A DNA stretch of 64,000 bases, taken from Mobula hypostoma (taxonomy: Eukaryota). The notes beneath the pieces were generated by a model. The model was not told where the DNA came from. It worked only from the letters and a program-made list of their open reading frames with translations, and did not search any database. Both the position numbers and the translations under genes were made by a program. Shown piece after piece: positions 63,043 to 64,000 of this stretch (position 1 is its first letter; every line of letters begins with the position of its first letter). The stretch spans positions 117,554,001-117,618,000 of the forward strand of contig NC_086097.1 in the NCBI RefSeq assembly GCF_963921235.1. The letters are read 5' to 3'.

Positions 63043-64000
63043 AAACATAAAAAACATAAAAAATAGGAGCAAGTATAGGCCATCTGGCCCATCGAGCCTG
63101 TTCCGCCATTCAATAGGATCATGGCTGGTCTGGCCATGGACTCTAATCTGCCTAACTGCCTTTTCCCCTTCACCCTTAATTCCGCTGTGATGCAAAAAGA
63201 TATGTAACTCTGGTGCAAATATATTCAGTGAGGTAGCCACCACTGCTTCCCTGGGCAGGGAATTCCACAGATTGATTCCTCTCCAGGAAAAGCAGTTTCT
63301 CCTCAACTCCGTCCTAAATATATCCCTCTGAACCTTGAGTCTATGTCTCCTAGTGCTAGTCTCGCTTACCAGTAGAAACAACTGCCCTGCCTCAACCTTG
63401 TATATCTCATTCATAATTTTATATATTTCTATGAGATTCCATCTTATTCTTCTGAATTCCAGCAAGTGTACACCCAGGCGATTCAATTACTCTTCATAGG
63501 CTAAACCTCATCTCCAGAATCAATCTGGCGAATCTCCTCTGCACTGCCTCTAAAGCCAGTATGCCTTTCCTCAAGTAAGGAGATCAGATCGGCACACAGT
63601 ACTCCAGGTGTGGCCTCACCAGTACCCTGTACCGTTGCAGCATAACCTCCTTGCGTCTAAATTCAATCCCTCTACCAATTTGCATTCTTGATAACCATCT
63701 TATCGTGATTCACTCATCTAAGTCTTTCTGCACAACAGTCTGCTGCAATCTTTCACCATTAAAATAGTAATTTGATCTTCTATTTTCTTTCCAAAGTAGA
63801 TGATGTTGAAGTTATCAATGCTGTACTCCATCTGGTAGATCATTTCCCACTCAACCTATCTATATTTCTCTGCAGATTCTCCACATCTTCCGCACAATTG
63901 ATTGTCCGCTCAGTTCAGTTTCATGAGCAAACTTAAATATGTTACACTCGGTCCCTCTTCCAAATCGTTAATGTATATAGTAAACTATTACTGACCCAGC
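63043..64000 (-). mobile_element. CR1 RT 3' fragment running off the window end
   Basis: RLG...LEFRRIR.NLIEIYKIM; FS.R.INLWNSLP; LVRPHLEYC at ~63600; aaacataa tandem tail. Confidence 0.9.

Overview
Non-genic vertebrate DNA, very probably from a cartilaginous fish (inferred from the HE1/V-SINE-like, CR1, Rex1 and Penelope repeat mix). The window is a dense, nested collection of decayed transposable elements. I cannot support any host protein-coding exon, tRNA, rRNA or CRISPR array, and almost every long ORF in the track is TE-derived or an antisense/shadow frame. Best-supported elements: (1) a full-length pogo-superfamily (POGK/Passer-like) transposon with TIRs and TA duplication; (2) Neptune-type Penelope-like elements whose 3' ends carry minimal hammerhead-ribozyme motifs; (3) two Ty3/gypsy relics with a PNMA-like Gag; (4) a Gmr1-type gypsy element with integrase upstream of RT; (5) a HERO-like RLE fragment, plus Rex1, CR1, Tc1 and hAT MITEs and several solo LTRs. 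The most unusual object is a complete non-coding LTR element at 53488-55953. It has two ~1.1-1.2 kb VNTR-filled LTRs around only 159 bp of internal sequence and a 5-bp TSD. In place of a tRNA primer site it has 13 nt exactly complementary to its own predicted transcript 5' end, the Tf1/sushi self-priming signature. All family names come from motif recognition by eye, not from database searches. Boundaries without a TSD or TIR are approximate.
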